DNA of 5,645 nucleotides from a virus (Duplodnaviria; Heunggongvirae; Uroviricota; Caudoviricetes): IMG/VR virus record IMGVR_UViG_2671180846_000009; one strand, 5' to 3'. Shown piece by piece: positions 4,620 to 5,645 of this stretch (position 1 is its first letter; each line of letters starts with the position of its first letter). The notes under the pieces were generated by a model. It saw only the letters and a program-made list of their open reading frames with translations, ran no database searches and was not told where the DNA came from. The position numbers and the translations under genes were made by a program.

Positions 4620-5645
4620 GTGCGGGTATTACTTCGACNNNNNNNNNNNNNNNNNNNNNNNNNNNNNNNNNNNNNNNNNNNNNNNNNNCACAATACCCGG
4701 GTACTGGTGGAGCCGGAACCGAAAAGCATGCGTAATCTGCCGTCCGGGGTTGTTCCTGCCGTTCGCCAGCCGCTAGTGGAAGACAAAACATTGCTGCCGT
4801 TTTTCAGTAACGCACGGGTGATTCGTGCTGCTGGTGGTGCTGGTGCATTGTCTGACTGGCTGTTGCGCCATATTAAATCCTGCCAGTGGCCACACGGCGA
4901 TTATCATCACAGCGAAACCGTCATTCACCGTTATGGTACCGGCGCAATGGTGTTGTGCTGGCACTGCGACAACCANNNNNNNNNNNNNNNNNNNNNNNNN
5001 NNNNNNNNNNNNNNNNNNNNNNNNNCGTTATGGTACCGGCGCAATGGTGTTGTGCTGGCACTGCGACAACCAGCTGCGCGACCAGACATCCGAATCACTC
5101 GGGCAGCTTGCTCAACAAAATCTGACAGCCTGGATGATTGACGTCATACGTCACGCAATAAGTGGTGCACAGGAACGGGAATTATCTCTGGCTGAATTAT
5201 CCTGGTGGGCGGTCCGCAATCAGGTGGCGGACGCGCTACCGGAAGCGGTATTACGTCGTTCGCTGGGGTTGCGTGCGGAAAAAATCCGCTCAATGTACCG
5301 TGAAAGCGACATCGTACCGGGAGAGCAGACCGCCACCAGCATACTGAAGCAGCGCACAAAAAATCTTGCGCCGCTGCCTCACGCTCACCAGCAAAAACCG
5401 CCACAGGAAAAGACGGTGGTCAGCATTGCCGTTGATCCTGAGTCTCCGGAATCTTTCATGAAACGACCTAAACGTCGCCGCTGGGTTAACGAGAAATACA
5501 CGCACTGGGTGAAGACACAGCCGTGTGCGTGTTGTGGTAAGCCTGCTGACGATCCGCATCACCTGATTGGTCATGGTCAGGGGGGAATGGGGACAAAATC
5601 TCACGATATTTTCACGCTACCGCTGTGTCGGGAGCATCACAACGA
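4620..5645 (+). CDS. DUF968-family prophage protein (YdfU-like) with a C-terminal Cys/His HNH-like zinc motif; 3'-truncated by the window end and interrupted by two N gaps
   Basis: Hand translation after the second gap is open to the window end in frame 1: ...QLRDQTSESLGQLAQQNLTAWMIDVIRHAISGAQ...KRPKRRRWVNEKYTHWVKTQPCACCGKPADDPHHLIGHGQGGMGTKSHDIFTLPLCREHHN. Before the gap the same protein is in frame 0 (HNTRVLVEPEPKSMRNLP...HRYGTGAMVLCWHCDN). The GTG 4620 start after GGAGG is provisional because a gap begins 19 nt downstream. Confidence 0.7.
4639..4688. other. assembly gap (50 N)
   Basis: Run of exactly 50 N. Confidence 0.95.
4976..5025. other. assembly gap (50 N) flanked by an exact 47-bp direct duplication (4929-4975 = 5026-5072)
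   Basis: Run of exactly 50 N. The sequence CGTTATGGTACCGGCGCAATGGTGTTGTGCTGGCACTGCGACAACCA occurs immediately before and immediately after the gap. Confidence 0.95.

Noticed and set aside
4623-4699. 8-bp inverted repeat CGGGTATT / AATACCCG flanking the first N gap
   Set aside because: Too short to be significant, and unlike the second gap there is no exact duplication here. Probably coincidental.
4173-4786. Minus-strand ORFs (4173-4418, 4280-4786, 4561-4791) across the divergent promoter region and the first N gap
   Set aside because: They span the N run or overlap the better-supported + strand genes, and their composition is implausible (Arg/Gly/Pro-rich out-of-frame products).
5144-5604. 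Minus-strand ORFs (5144-5404, 5290-5604) antisense to the DUF968 gene
   Set aside because: The + strand frame encodes a recognisable DUF968 C-terminus with a Cys/His motif; the antisense ORFs are Arg/Pro-rich chance frames in GC-rich DNA.
1-5645. Searched for tRNA/rRNA genes, CRISPR repeats, and integrase or transposase genes with terminal inverted repeats
   Set aside because: No cloverleaf-like conserved tRNA motifs, no regularly spaced direct repeats, and no recombinase-like ORFs were seen. The window is internal to a prophage rather than at an attachment site or insertion-sequence boundary.

Overview
The window reads as an accessory/early-gene segment of a lambdoid (E. coli-type) prophage. 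Positions 1-3523 carry a densely packed chain of small + strand genes, mostly joined by ATGA/overlapping stop-start junctions: the tail of an upstream gene, a DUF4406-like protein, two ead/Ea22-like paralogs, a Cys/His-plus-basic-tail protein, three tiny acidic or hypothetical ORFs, a small membrane protein, an HNH endonuclease, a 114-aa hypothetical and a 27-aa hydrophobic peptide. The chain ends at a bidirectional rho-independent terminator (about 3531-3570). A minus-strand ParD/ParE-type type II toxin-antitoxin cassette (3648-4210) with its own promoter/operator sits convergent to that operon. A divergent + strand unit follows: a 90-aa hypothetical ORF and a DUF968-family gene that runs off the window end and is interrupted by two 50-N assembly gaps, the second flanked by an exact 47-bp duplication. 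No rRNA, tRNA, CRISPR array or transposase is visible. Leads worth follow-up are the TA cargo cassette, two translationally coupled, highly acidic mini-proteins (possible DNA-mimic anti-defence candidates), a repeated Shine-Dalgarno-plus-GNRA-hairpin element ahead of two small genes, and duplicated linker sequences marking mosaic module boundaries. All family assignments are from motif recognition by eye; no database search was run.
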